Source of the DNA: Octopus sinensis
Lineage: Eukaryota
Length of the DNA: 64,000 nucleotides
Assembly (NCBI RefSeq): GCF_006345805.1
Contig: NC_043001.1
Location: 84,134,001 to 84,198,000, forward strand
Direction of reading: 5' to 3'
Shown here in pieces: positions 26,861 through 38,929 of this stretch. The translations under genes were made by a program, and so were the position numbers. Numbering within the stretch: position 1 is the first letter of the stretch; the number at the start of each line of letters is the position of its first letter. The notes below the pieces were generated by a model. The model was not told the DNA's origin, did no database searches, and saw only the letters and a program-made list of their open reading frames with translations.

Positions 26861-27003
26861 AGGTTGAGCATTTGTTAATTACATGGACAATTGCGATCGT
26901 ATAATATTCACATCTTTCCTCAGATTCATACAATCATAAGTGAAATATGATACCGTTAGGCTAGGAAATAGGGTATATGTGGCCGCGGCGCTATTCGGTT
27001 CTA

Positions 27004-27505
27004 CAGTAATTCCTCGATTATCGCGGGTGTTACGTTCCAAAATCTCCCGCAATAGGCGAAAATCCGCGAAGTAGAAATAGTACTATACTATATATATATA
27101 TTTTATCATTTTCATAATGTGTATATATTTATTTTATTATAAGTGCAAAACAACACCACACACTTACCTCCCAAGTTTTGTTTTCCATATAGTATGTGCG
27201 ATTCTTTGTTCACTCGTCTTCGGTACACTACGTATTTTCTTTTAATATATTTTAATTAATGTGTAATACAGTGCAGTACTGAACTCTATTTATATTTATA
27301 AATTTATTAATTATTATACGGGAAAACGTTTATTTTACCACAGAAATAATTAAAACGTAAAAAAAAACCAACTAAGTACCTATCGGCCACAGAAACCCGC
27401 GATATAGTGAGGAGACCGTGATATAAATTTACATATATTAGGCAGAAAAATCCGCGATGTACTGCGTGTGCGATAGGTGAACCGCGATATGGCGAGGGTG
27501 TACTA
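27004..27505. mobile_element. pogo/Tigger-type MITE, copy 1
   Basis: TA|CAGTAATTCCTCGATTATCGCG ... CGCGATATGGCGAGGGTGTACTA|TA; ~500 bp, non-coding; second copy at 61976. Confidence 0.78.
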
Positions 27506-27910
27506 TATTTGGAAAATCAGAGCAATTGTTGGTAACTTTCAAGGACCACAAAATATTGATAAACCAGGGGACATACAAAGCATTACAATGGTCAGTCTAC
27601 CTATACACAAACAGCATGAAAACTATAGAATTTTGTTATACAGTAATAGATCTATATTTGTTTAACCCATTTGCTACCAAGCTGCCAGATATTATTCCCA
27701 GTTCTATAACAAATCTCCAGTTTTAAAGCAAATTAAATTAAAATTTCCATCAAAATTTCAAGTTATTATTATGCTCCAAATATAAGACAAATTTATTTCT
27801 TTATTTTCATGAAACCGGTCCGTGGTGCAAAAAATAAAAAAATCCTAAATCAGAAAATGATGATCATTCTTTGTTTTTCCATCGCTTTTTTCATGTCCAT
27901 TATCTTTCAG

Positions 27911-28033
27911 ATGTGAATGAGTGCAACGACAACAACGGTAACTGCAGTCAGATATGTGAAAATATTCCCGGCACCAAGACTTGCCGTTGCTTATCTGGTT
28001 ACCATCTCATGCCTGATATGACGTCATGTAAAG
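27911..28033 (+). CDS. cbEGF exon 5
   Basis: cag|...|gtcagc, 123 nt; DVNECNDNNGNCSQICENIPGTKTCRCLSGYHLMPDMTSCK. Confidence 0.92.
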
Positions 28034-28360
28034 GTCAGCGAAAAACTCAATAGCTCAAACACATTGTTTTATCTTGCACAGGAATCTAGTCCATCATCCC
28101 ATTTCCGTTTTCTTTATCTTCACCACTCCAGCTTCTTCCTCCTCCTCCTCCTCTCCCTCCTCCTCTTCTTTCCCCTCTTCCTTCCCCTCCTCCCCTCTTC
28201 CTCTTCCTCCACTTCCTTCCCCTCTTCCTCTTCCTCCTCCTCTTCCTCATCCCTCCTCTCCTCTTCCCCCTCCTATTCCCCTCCTCCTCTCATTCCCCCT
28301 CCCCTCCTCCTCTTCGTTTTCTTATATTCTTACACAAGAATTTAGACTTGTGTATTAGAC

Positions 28361-28429
<69 letters not shown>

Positions 28430-28517
28430 TAATAATGGACGGTGATGAAGATGAAGTAAAACAAAAGATAGGGATAGAATGATAATGTTCTTTTCTTGTG
28501 TTACACGCCATTGACAG

Positions 28518-28640
28518 ATATAAATGAATGCGAGGTAAACAACGGCGGCTGTACCCACAATTGTGTCAACACTGATGGATCGTTTAGTTGTGCCTGTAGG
28601 CCTGGCTATCAACTGCATGCTGATGGATCACAATGTAAAG
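28518..28640 (+). CDS. cbEGF exon 6
   Basis: cag|...|gtgacg, 123 nt; [41 protein letters not shown]. Confidence 0.92.
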
Positions 28641-28829
28641 GTGACGTATAAGCTTTGCTATCTCCTCACTATTCTTCTTACTGTCTCTAATCCCACACAC
28701 GGGCATTCTTTTCCTCGCTCACTTCGTTACTTCACGTTATGGCTGTTGTTTAGTCTCCGGTGATGGATTCAATCTGTTCTCCGGTTTAATTATTCTTTCT
28801 ACTATTGACACAAAGCTTGAACTTCCGGG

Positions 28830-29430
28830 GCAGAGAGGACAAGACAACAACATCGACCTCAGTGTTTAGGTGGTACATAATTTATCGTCCTTAAATAGAT
28901 GAAAAGCAGAGTCGACCTCGGCGGATTTTTAACTCAGAACGTAAAGCCAGAAGAAATACATGTTTCTTTACTACCCACAAGGGGCTAAACACAGAGAGGA
29001 CAAACAAGGACAGTCAAACGGATCAAGTCGATTATATCGACCCCAGTGCGTAACTGGTACTTAATTTATCGACCCCGAAAGGATGAAAGGCAAAGTCGGC
29101 CTCGGCAGAATATGAACTTAGAACGTAACAGCAGACGAAATACCTATTTCTTTACTACCCACAAGGGGCAAAATACAGAGAGGACAAACAAGGGCAGACA
29201 AACGGATTAAGTCGATTATATCGACCCCAGTGCGTAACTGGTACTTAATTTATCGACCTCGAAAGGATGAAAGGCAAAGTCGACATCGGCGGAATATGAA
29301 CCCAGAACGTAACGGCAGACGAAATACTGCTAAGCATTTCGCCCGGCGTGCTAAAGATTCTGCCAGCTCGCCGCCTGAACCGTCAGATCAATTATCCTTT
29401 CTACTATAGGTACAAGGCCTGGAATTTTGT
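28830..29430 (-). mobile_element. SINE family A with three body units
   Basis: Homology to other A copies. Confidence 0.8.
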
Positions 29431-29873
29431 GGGAATGGAGATAGTCGATCACATCAACCCCAATGCATGTGCTGTACGTTAGCTCACCCCACCGCCAGCA
29501 AATCGACGTTGCCTGAACAGGTGATTGGTATACCACACGTCAGGTGTCAAAGTGATCGGAGAGTAACTTGAGATGAGTTGTTTTACAATGATTATTATAT
29601 AAGCATGTGCGCGAGTATTTAATACACCACCCAGTCTAGGTATTGAAACCACGGTCGTGATCGTAAGTGCAACGCTCTAATCACCAGGCAATGCACCCCT
29701 CGATAGCACAAATACCAGACTTAAAACTAGGTACTAGAGTACTGCGGTTGAGTTGACCTATTAAACCCTCCAAGGCGGTGGTCTAGCACGAAGGCGCGTG
29801 GCTTAGTGGTTACGAGGTACTAGAGTACTGGGGTTGAGTTGACCGATTAAACCCTCCAAGGCAGTAATCTGTC

Positions 29874-30200
29874 ATGAAGGGACGTGGCTCAGTGGTTACG
29901 GCATTCGGCACACGATCTTTAAGTCGTGAGTTCGAAAACCGGCGGCGCGTTGTGTCCTTGAGCAAGACACTTTATTTCTCGTCGCTCCAACCCACTCAGC
30001 TGACAAAAATGTGCTGTACCTGTAATTCAAAGGGCCGACCTTGTTATATTTTGTGTCACGCTGAATTTCCCTGAGAACTACGTTAGGGACACGCGTGTCT
30101 GTGGAGTACTCGACTACCTGAACGTTAATTTCACGAGCAGGTTGTTCTGTTGATCGGGTTAATTGGAACCATCGTCGCCGTAAACCGACGGAGTGCCAAA
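29874..30200 (+). mobile_element. SINE family C-related element ending ~60 bp upstream of the signal-peptide ATG
   Basis: Head GTGGCTCAGTGG...GAGTTCGAAAACC; body similar to 15500. Confidence 0.75.
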
Positions 30201-30260
30201 CCAGCACCAACCACAGTCCAATGACCGAAACAAATAAAACTGTTAACAATAACAGATAAA

Positions 30261-30441
30261 ATGCGATTGGTTACATCACATAGAAGCTTCCATATCGGCT
30301 TCATATTGCTGGTGTTATCGTTGCTGTTCAAGGCGTCTGACGCTGCTGTTCGGACAGATAAGGTGGTGACGAGTGATGATATGAAAGACAATGTTCGCGA
30401 TAGTAAAAACCAGACGAGATTTAAGGTCAGTAAATGCAAGG
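30261..30441 (+). CDS. Putative alternative first coding exon with signal peptide, inside the EGF array
   Basis: aaaATG start. Translates MRLVTSHRSFHIGFILLVLSLLFKASDAAVRTDKVVTSDDMKDNVRDSKNQTRFKVSKCK: basic n-region, hydrophobic core, A-S-D-A cleavage-type motif. Ends AAG G|gtaaat in phase 1, compatible with EGF exon 7. An in-frame weak acceptor also exists at 30255. Confidence 0.6.
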
Positions 30442-31254
30442 GTAAATGGGGTTTATGATGTCATATGTCTGTGCGGGAGGGAATGTGGTAACGTCAGCGA
30501 TATTTGTGGTAGTAGGTGTTGGGTCAAGTCGACATCTCTCATAGCCCTGAAGTATCCCCACCTCCGTTCTTATTTCATCAAACCTCTAATTAATGATTAC
30601 TGGGCACATCTTTTGTTACTTTGGTCCACCACACGCCTCTCCTTTACCCCATGCTATCTACCCCTTAATATTTCAGATAGCTACAAGGCAAATTTGTCAC
30701 CTGCTTTAGAGTTTAATTACCCCCCCCCCACACAAACACTGATACGTATAAATGTATACATCCACTCATGATTATATATGCATATATTAATATATATCTT
30801 TTTATATATGTCTCTCTGTCTGTCTGTATGTGTGTGTGTGTGTGTGACTGTTGGTCTGTCTACATATATGTATGTATAAGTGTGTGTGTATATATGCACA
30901 TAAATGCACATATACACAAAATCACAAATATGTATAATACAGATGTGTACATATACACACATTAAAATATATATACATAGCTTTACATATTTATTAAAGT
31001 TCACACATACACACACATGTGTGTATTTGTATGCTTTTGAGCGTTTAACACTGGAATGCAGCAAACAATGATTATTATATAAGCATGTGCGCGTGTATTT
31101 ATATATGACTGGTACGTGGATGTTTAGTAACGTGGAAGAAGAACCTGTGAAATCATTGATAACAGGTTGTTGTCCGATTTTACAGGATTAGCCAGAGCAA
31201 GTGTAATTGAAAGCTCTGAGAAGTGAAATGTACAGTAATAATAATAATAATATA

Positions 31255-31760
31255 ATTGGAAGTGTTATCATGTACATTGTTTTGTCTTGGTATAAAAGAT
31301 GGGCTACAGCAAATATTCTGCTCAATACCACAGATTTGCTTGTCAGTTGTTTGACCTTAACCAGTTGATCATGTCCCTTAGTGGCTGATGATATGTGCAT
31401 CTCTGATCACGAGCAGAAGTAGTGGGGGAGCATCATAGCCATGTGTTGAGAGGGATTCTTTGGGGTTTGAATAATTCACCTCTGGAAACATGGGTGGTTC
31501 TTTCAACATCCTTAATTATCCTTATTCAGGGACCCTTTGAGCGGGATGGGCTACTCAACCTGAAGAAAATTCTAACTGGGCCCCACCTGCAAGGTCATGT
31601 GCTGTTTATCTTGATATGAGATCACAATGTCGCGCACATATGGTTGTGATGCATCTGCCTGGTGTACCTTTATCAGACGGGTAGTCATGATGGGTATATT
31701 GGGCTTCGTATATTTTACCCCAGTGTCACTTTGATGGCATGCACTGCTCTCTGACTCAAT
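31255..31760. mobile_element. AAT-flanked ~520-bp non-coding interspersed element, copy 1
   Basis: Near-identical to 32717-33213 and 60908-61430; bounded by (AAT)n. Confidence 0.8.
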
Positions 31761-31779
31761 AATAATAATAATAATAATA

Positions 31780-31820
<41 letters not shown>

Positions 31821-31821
<1 letters not shown>

Positions 31822-32636
31822 CGCAAAAGAAATAGACAAAGAAAAATCCCAGCAATGGTTGAGAAGCTCAGGACTCAAAGCAGAGACAGAGGGATTTTTA
31901 ATTGCAGCACAAGACCAAAGCCTCCCCACCAGAAATTACCAAAAACATGTAATGAAAAGAAATATTACAAGTAACTGCAGAATATGTGGAGATGGACAAG
32001 AAACAATAAATCATATTAGCTCTGGCTGCCCAGTCCTGGCTAAGAAGGAATATATTCAGAGACATGACAGAGTTGGAACCTACATACATTGGAAGCTATG
32101 CCAACATTATGGAATAACAACAGAAAAAAGATGGTATATGCACATACCAGAAAAGGTCACAGAAAACGAGAAAGCAACCATACTCTGGGATATGCCGATA
32201 CACACAGAGAGAGAAATCAAGGCCAACAGACCAGATATAGTTGTCAGAGATCATGAAGAAAAAAAATGCTTTCTAATTGATGTATCAATACCGGCAGATG
32301 ACAACGTGTCTCTAAAAGAAATGGAGAAACTTTCAAAATACAAAGACCGGGAAATAGAGGTAACCAGAATGTGGAACCTAAAAACAGAAACAATTCCTAT
32401 CATAGTAGGTGCATTAGGCATGATAAAAAAATATTCAGACAAATGCATAACAAAAACACCAGGACTTACAAACACAATAACATACAAAAAATTGCACTAC
32501 TAGGCACTGCACACATCCTACGCAGAACACTTCCATACAATAACCATCAGAGCACCACAACAAATCACAGCACATACCTAGGCACACAGAGCTGCGCTCG
32601 GTAGTGAAGTGAAAGCACGCTATAAAAATAAAACTA

Positions 32637-32640
<4 letters not shown>
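31821..32640 (+). mobile_element. 5'-truncated R4/Dong-like non-LTR retrotransposon (RLE endonuclease) within (AAT)n
   Basis: ORF 31859-32503 has CCHC knuckle CRICGDGQETINHISSGC and PD-(D/E)xK nuclease RPDIVV...IDVSIP...EKLSKY. A frameshift near the C-terminus shifts into QKIALLGTAHILRRTL. (AAT)n on both sides. Confidence 0.85.
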
Positions 32641-32710
<70 letters not shown>

Positions 32711-32716
32711 TAATAA

Positions 32717-33213
32717 TGCCCTGATGCAGTACCAGCAGTGGCTCTCATGGCTTCTAATCTTAAATGATTGGAAGTGTTATCACGTACATTGTTTTGTTTT
32801 GGTATAAAAGATGGGCTACAGCAAATATTCTGCTTAATACCACAGATTTGCTTGTCAGTTGTTTGACCTTAACCAGTTGAGCATGTCCCTTAGTGGTTGA
32901 CGATATGTGAATCTCTGATCACGAGCAGAAGGAGTGGGGAAGCATCATAGCCGTGTGTTGAAAGGAATTCTTGGAGGTTTGGATAATTCCCCTTTGGAAA
33001 CATGGGTAATTCGTTCAACATCCTTAAACAATCCTTATTCAGGGACCTTTTGAGCGGGATGGGCTACTCGACCAGAAGAAAATTCTAACTGGGTCCCACC
33101 TGCAAGGTCATGCACTGTCTATGTTGATATGATATCACCATGTCACGCACATATGGTTGTGATGCATGTGCCTGGTGTACCCTTATCAGACGGGTAGTCA
33201 AGATGGGTTCACT
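32717..33213. mobile_element. AAT-flanked interspersed element, copy 2 (3' truncated)
   Basis: Begins tgccctgatgcagtacc after (AAT)n; homologous to copies 1 and 3. Confidence 0.8.
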
Positions 33214-33525
33214 GGGAGAACCCCAAATGCAGGTAAAATATTTAATAAAATATGGTAGAGTGAACATATATATTTTTCAGATTATGTTTACTTATTTTAC
33301 AAATTGTGTTTACTTGGAAATCTTTCTATATTCTTTCTAATGTATGCATCTGATTGCATTTGTGTGAATGTAAGTATATTTGTGTATGTTTTTCAGCGTG
33401 TGTATGTGTGAACATATCTGTAGTGTATGCACGTGTGTTTACTGTATAACGTAAAAATCATGAACGGAGTCCCAATACATACAGAAACATTTTAAATATT
33501 TCAGTTTTTTCTTTCTGTTCTTTAG

Positions 33526-33648
33526 ATACGGACGAATGCCTTCACAACAATGGCAACTGTATGCAAACGTGTACCAACATACCAGGTTCTTACACATGTA
33601 CATGTAGAACTGGCTACGCCTTAACAGAAGATGGACATACATGCGCAG
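33526..33648 (+). CDS. cbEGF exon 7
   Basis: tag|...|gtaaat, 123 nt; DTDECLHNNGNCMQTCTNIPGSYTCTCRTGYALTEDGHTCA. Confidence 0.93.
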
Positions 33649-33849
33649 GTAAATAACTCAGTTTACTAAAATATTAGCCAATAATCTATTAAACTCGCGA
33701 AACGGGTGCAATAGTTGATCGGAGGAATTCAGAATAACTGTCTCTATCTTATAGAGAAGGAGATGGGTTAAGAATTGGGGGATCCTTTCATTATGTGAAA
33801 GAAATTTTTTTCCGAAGAGATAGGGTACTTAGCACCTAAAATATGGTTA

Positions 33850-34074
33850 GGCACTCACAGCACTCCGCTAGTTGGACAACGCGGTCAGGGGAAGTTCCAC
33901 TTTGGTGTTCTATAGCGGTTTAGTGGTGACGTCTACGGGAGAGATTCTGGACGTCGACAAGAATCAAATTGTCCATGAACCCCTGTCTGAAAACCTGCTG
34001 GATTTTTGGGCAGGGGTTCATGGACAATGTTCAGACATCTCCGGTCTGGCAGTGATAACCGGTGTGTGTGTATA

Positions 34075-34126
<52 letters not shown>

Positions 34127-34680
34127 GTGGGCAGGGACACTGCTGGTTCTCTACAGGCATGGAAGTGCCGTAAGCTGGGGCTGTCCAAGATGCGCGCAGA
34201 TCGACGAAACGTCTGCACGCACTTATCTAGTACCCAAGTATTGCTGACATGTGGAATTATGTCGAACACCGGCTCTCGTATGCAGGATGGATCTGGCTAT
34301 TGGCCAACGCCATTCTGAAGATCATTCAGCAACCTTCGTTTTTGCCAGAGAGAACAGGCAGTGTTTATCTGTCAAGTGGCTTTAGCGAAAGAGATTTTGT
34401 GGCGGACCAGACTGAATAGGACTAAAGACAGACATCTTCTTTTGTTAAGCCTTCATCGAGTTTCACTTGACATGGAAAATGAGGATAGAGACAGAAGTGC
34501 TGCCTTTCAGGAAATATGATGTAAGATGGATGCGAGAGGCAAAGACAAGTGAATGCTCCTGCACAGAGTATTCGTCTGTAGACTAATGGAAAACGATAAG
34601 GAGGAGGGCATTTGCCATAACAGTCAGAGGACTGCGGTTTTGGTGGTTTTTGCCTGAGCAGTCCATTATAATGAATTAGC
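33850..34680 (+). mobile_element. Tx1/L1-like LINE ORF2 C-terminal relic
   Basis: Degenerate knuckle CPRCAQIDETSAH and VFICQVALAKEILWRTRL; interrupted by (GT)/(GA) microsatellite. Confidence 0.5.
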
Positions 34681-34829
34681 TATTGTTAACATTTTCTCGT
34701 TACCCCATTGTTTGTTTTGAAAATCCGTGTACGCGTGCAAACACCTTTCTGGGTATTTTTCTGTTGTATCCCAATATCTATTGTACATTTTATGTCGCCC
34801 CTGATGGCCAATAAAGAAATAAAGAAACA

Positions 34830-34937
<108 letters not shown>

Positions 34938-34941
34938 ATAG

Positions 34942-35064
34942 ATAAAGACGAATGCAGTGAAAGAAATGGCGGCTGTGAACACATGTGCACCAACAAAGAT
35001 GGTAGCTATTCTTGCTCTTGTCGTCAAGGTTACGCAACAATGGCGGATGGCAAATCGTGCACAG
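34942..35064 (+). CDS. cbEGF exon 8
   Basis: tag|...|gtaaca, 123 nt; [41 protein letters not shown]. Confidence 0.93.
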
Positions 35065-35480
35065 GTAACACCATAATTTAAATACATTGAAATAAGGCGA
35101 TTTGTTGCACTTTGAGTTAAAATAAATGATTACGTACCAGCAAAATAATAAGCGGTGTGTATAATGAGATTTGATTTAGTAATCACTGTCTGGGTAGCCA
35201 TTTAGATATGAATATGATTCAGGTAAACGGAGGTCGGTGGAGTAACACAAACGGTGAAGTGTCCGGTTAAATACCTTGCATGATTTTATTATGTGACTAC
35301 AAAAATGTGAGTATGTGAATAATAGCATGATCATAGTGGGTACAAAAACTGTGACTGCGTGTGAAAGCATGACCATAACTAAAATAGTTGTGACTATATT
35401 TGTGAGGATATGATCTTAACTACATAACTTGTGACTATAGTATGAAGTTATGGTCATACGTACGTACATACATACATACA

Positions 35481-35512
<32 letters not shown>

Positions 35513-35699
35513 CCCAGGCCTATTCGCCATTTTTTTTAGGAGTGGGTAGCCACAAGACACAAACCAGGACTGGAGTCGATTCATTCGACTAAATTTTCTC
35601 AAGGCGGTGCCCCAGCATGGCTGCAGTCTAATGCCTGAAATAAGTAATAGACAAAAGATGAAAAGATACTTGTGAAGGTTTGATCATAACAAGTGATTT

Positions 35700-35888
35700 G
35701 ACTACGGCCATTCTGGAACACAACCTTTAGTCGAGCAAACCGACCCTAGGACTTATGTTTTGTAAGCCTCGTACTCATTCTATCGGTCTCTTTTGCCGAA
35801 GCGCTAAGGTACGGCGCCGTAAACACACCAGCATCGGTTGTCAAGCGATGTTAGGCGGACAAACACACTCACAAACATATACGCACAC

Positions 35889-35919
<31 letters not shown>

Positions 35920-36120
35920 CATACATACATACATACATACATACATACACACACACATACGATGTGCTTCTTTCAGTTTCCGTCAAATCCACTCAACAGG
36001 CTTTGATCGGCCCGAAGCTATAGTAGAAGATATTTGCCCATGGTGCTACGCAGTGGGACTGAACCCGGAACAATGTGGTTGGTAAGCAAGCTATTTACCA
36101 CACATCCGCTTCTGCGCCTA
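35700..36120 (-). mobile_element. SINE family B
   Basis: Homology; internal (ATAC)n. Confidence 0.8.
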
Positions 36121-36292
36121 TGTATGTGAAGGTATTATCTTGATGACTACTTAGCTTTAAGTGCATCACATTATAAAAATATACTATAAACAGTTACTGA
36201 AGTTCCTGCTCTAAATGAATTCATATTACACAGAATTTTGATTGCTTTAGTTTTGTTTGGCTGAAAACAATCTTCACTGATCTTAATTACAG

Positions 36293-36415
36293 ATGTTAAT
36301 GAATGTGCCTTTAAGAATGGAGGATGCTCTCACAACTGCTTCAATGTATTGGGCTCCTATAAATGCTCGTGTCGGCCCGGGTTCTATCTCCAGGAAGACA
36401 AGAAAACATGTTCAG
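36293..36415 (+). CDS. cbEGF exon 9
   Basis: cag|...|gtgagt, 123 nt; [41 protein letters not shown]. Confidence 0.93.
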
Positions 36416-37109
36416 GTGAGTTATGGTTTGAATTGTAGTGTACTTTTGTCACGTGGAATAATATATAAATAAATTGATACACTCAAACACACACAAAAGC
36501 ATATACTAGCGATGCGCCCCAGCGTTGCCCGGGTGTTATGACATACAACCACATTGTATTATTTGTTCCTTTGTTATGGGCAGAATCGGCACACGAGGAG
36601 TATGAAACAAACAACTCTTCTTTATAAGCATGTTTTTCGGTCATTTTCTGATGAACATCGCTGCAGCTTCCGTCAACCAAATTCAGTCAAAACTCTGTGG
36701 TTGGTCTAGGGTTATTGTAGAAAACACTTGCCCACGGTACCACGCAGAAGGACTGAACGTGGTTGGGAAGCAAACTTCTTAACCACGCAGTCACTCTTAC
36801 ACCTAATATGTGTGTGGGTGTATTTACATTTGTTGTTAAATAGAGTATTGTGTCCCACTATGTCTCAAAGTTCATCTAGCAGAAATATATAGAATAAATG
36901 CCAGATTGAAATATGTACTGAGGTCAGTATGATCAATTAAAGTTTTGAAGATAATACTTCATCATGGCGACAGTCGAAAGACTAAACCCAGTAAAATAAT
37001 GTTTAAAGACTTAATGGCTTCAAATTTAAGGTAATGGACTACGAACCACAAGATAATGAGTTCAGAACTTCGTATTGAACTTCCACTCTGTACGATAACA
37101 CTATACGTA

Positions 37110-38374
37110 TCAGATCATCCCATAAGTTCTGTCCGAATTTTGAATAAAGAAAACAAGTGATCAAATGTTATATTTAATTGAAATTTAATCATCAATGTAC
37201 TTTCCCTGATCATCTGTGACTTCCTTCCATCTATTTACAAGCTTTTTAATCCCATCAATGTAAAACTCTTTTGGTTTCAAAGCGACGAACTCTGAAATGT
37301 CAGTTTCCACCTCCTTCTGGTTTGCGAAAGTTATGTCCTCGAAATGATTCTGTAAACTATGAAACAAATGATAGTCTGAAGGAGCAAGGTCGGGAGAATA
37401 AGGTGGATGTGGAATTTTTTCCCAACCATGCTCTTCGATCTTCTGTGATATGATCTTTGCTGTATGGGGTCGCGCATAGTCCTAATGAAACATCACTCCT
37501 TTTCGATTCACTAAAGCGGGTCTTTTTTTCTTTAAAGCTTGGTTCAAACGCTCTAATTGTTGACAGTAGACTTGAGCATTGATTATTGCATTAGGTAGTA
37601 ACAATTCCAAGTGAATTACTCCTTTGCAATTCCACCAGATTGAGAGAAGAACCTTTTTCCCATGAAGATCTCTTCTTGGTTGTGATTGAGCTATTTCTCT
37701 TTTACCAAGCCACTGTTTACGACGTTTAACATTTCGACAGAAGATCCATTTTTCATCACCAGTCACAAGTCTATCCAAAAAGAGTGAAATGAGTTCACGA
37801 GAATGGAGAGAAGAGCAGATGTCAACTCGGGATTTGCGGTTGCACCCATTTTCCAAGTTTAGGAACCTTTCCAAGTTGTTGAAGATGATGATGAACAGTT
37901 TTATGGTTTGAACTAAACTTTATTGCTAATTTTTCAACTGATAATGCAAGATTTTCTTCAAGTAATGCCCCAAGGAGCTTATCAAACTCAATTGGATGTC
38001 CTGTTCGATCTTCATCTTCAAGGCTGAAAACTCCACTTTTGAATTTTGCAAACCATCTTCTGCAAATTCCTTCATTCAAGCATTCTTTCCCATAAACTGA
38101 GTGCATGTTTCGAGTCGCTTCGGCTGCAAAGTTTCCTTTCTTGTACTCATAAAGTATTATGTGCTTCAAAGGATCTTTGGATACTTCCGTGTTAGAAAGA
38201 GTTTCAATCAAAGAAATTTTATTTCTATTATTCTGTAAAATAATATTTAATTAGTTTAAATGTACACGAATGCCTAAAAATAATTTTTAATTCCATTAGA
38301 CATTCTAAAATACTATTAAATTTCATTCAATTTTAAAAAAGATAAAATCGGACAGAACTTATGGGATGACCTGA
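37110..38374 (-). mobile_element. Full-length decayed mariner (DD34D) transposon
   Basis: TA TSD, ~28-bp TIRs TCAG(A/G)TCATCCCATAAGTTCTGTCCGA, 1265 bp. Transposase pieces include RLVTGDEKW and HPPYSPDLAPSDYHLF, with frameshifts and stops. Confidence 0.93.
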
Positions 38375-38545
38375 TACATCTTACTCTTGTTGAATGCCAA
38401 CAATTAACACTTGCAATTTGAAGTTGAATGGTTAGTAGTAAGAAAGATGTCTAGATTTCTTAGAAAATTATTGTCCAAAATATTCTGAGAAACAGCATTT
38501 TTTTCACAACACACTCACACACACACACATACATACACACACACG

Positions 38546-38632
<87 letters not shown>

Positions 38633-38929
38633 GTGTCTCTGTGGTAACTTGAGCTACTACAAATAGCAGCTAAATCTCTCTTAAAACACTCTTTCCTCAA
38701 AACAAAGATACAGATTTGCAAAATTTCAGGAAGAAAAGAAAGAAAAACGTATGTGATGGGTCTGCTACATCAGAGGCAACTCTGGGCTAAACGAAACACA
38801 GACAAACATACTTCACATTAAAAAAATTATCATCTAAGCAACACTAATAAAGTTGACTGCATATCTTCCAAGTTTCATTCCCTGGTAAAATTCCATGTAT
38901 TCTAAGCAGTTTTTCCTTATGCTCTAAGA

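Noticed and set aside
32717-32800. Possible HDV-like ribozyme at the left end of the AAT-flanked element
   Set aside because: Only a simple TGCC(C)TG/CAGGCA hairpin is evident; I could not assemble the nested double pseudoknot.
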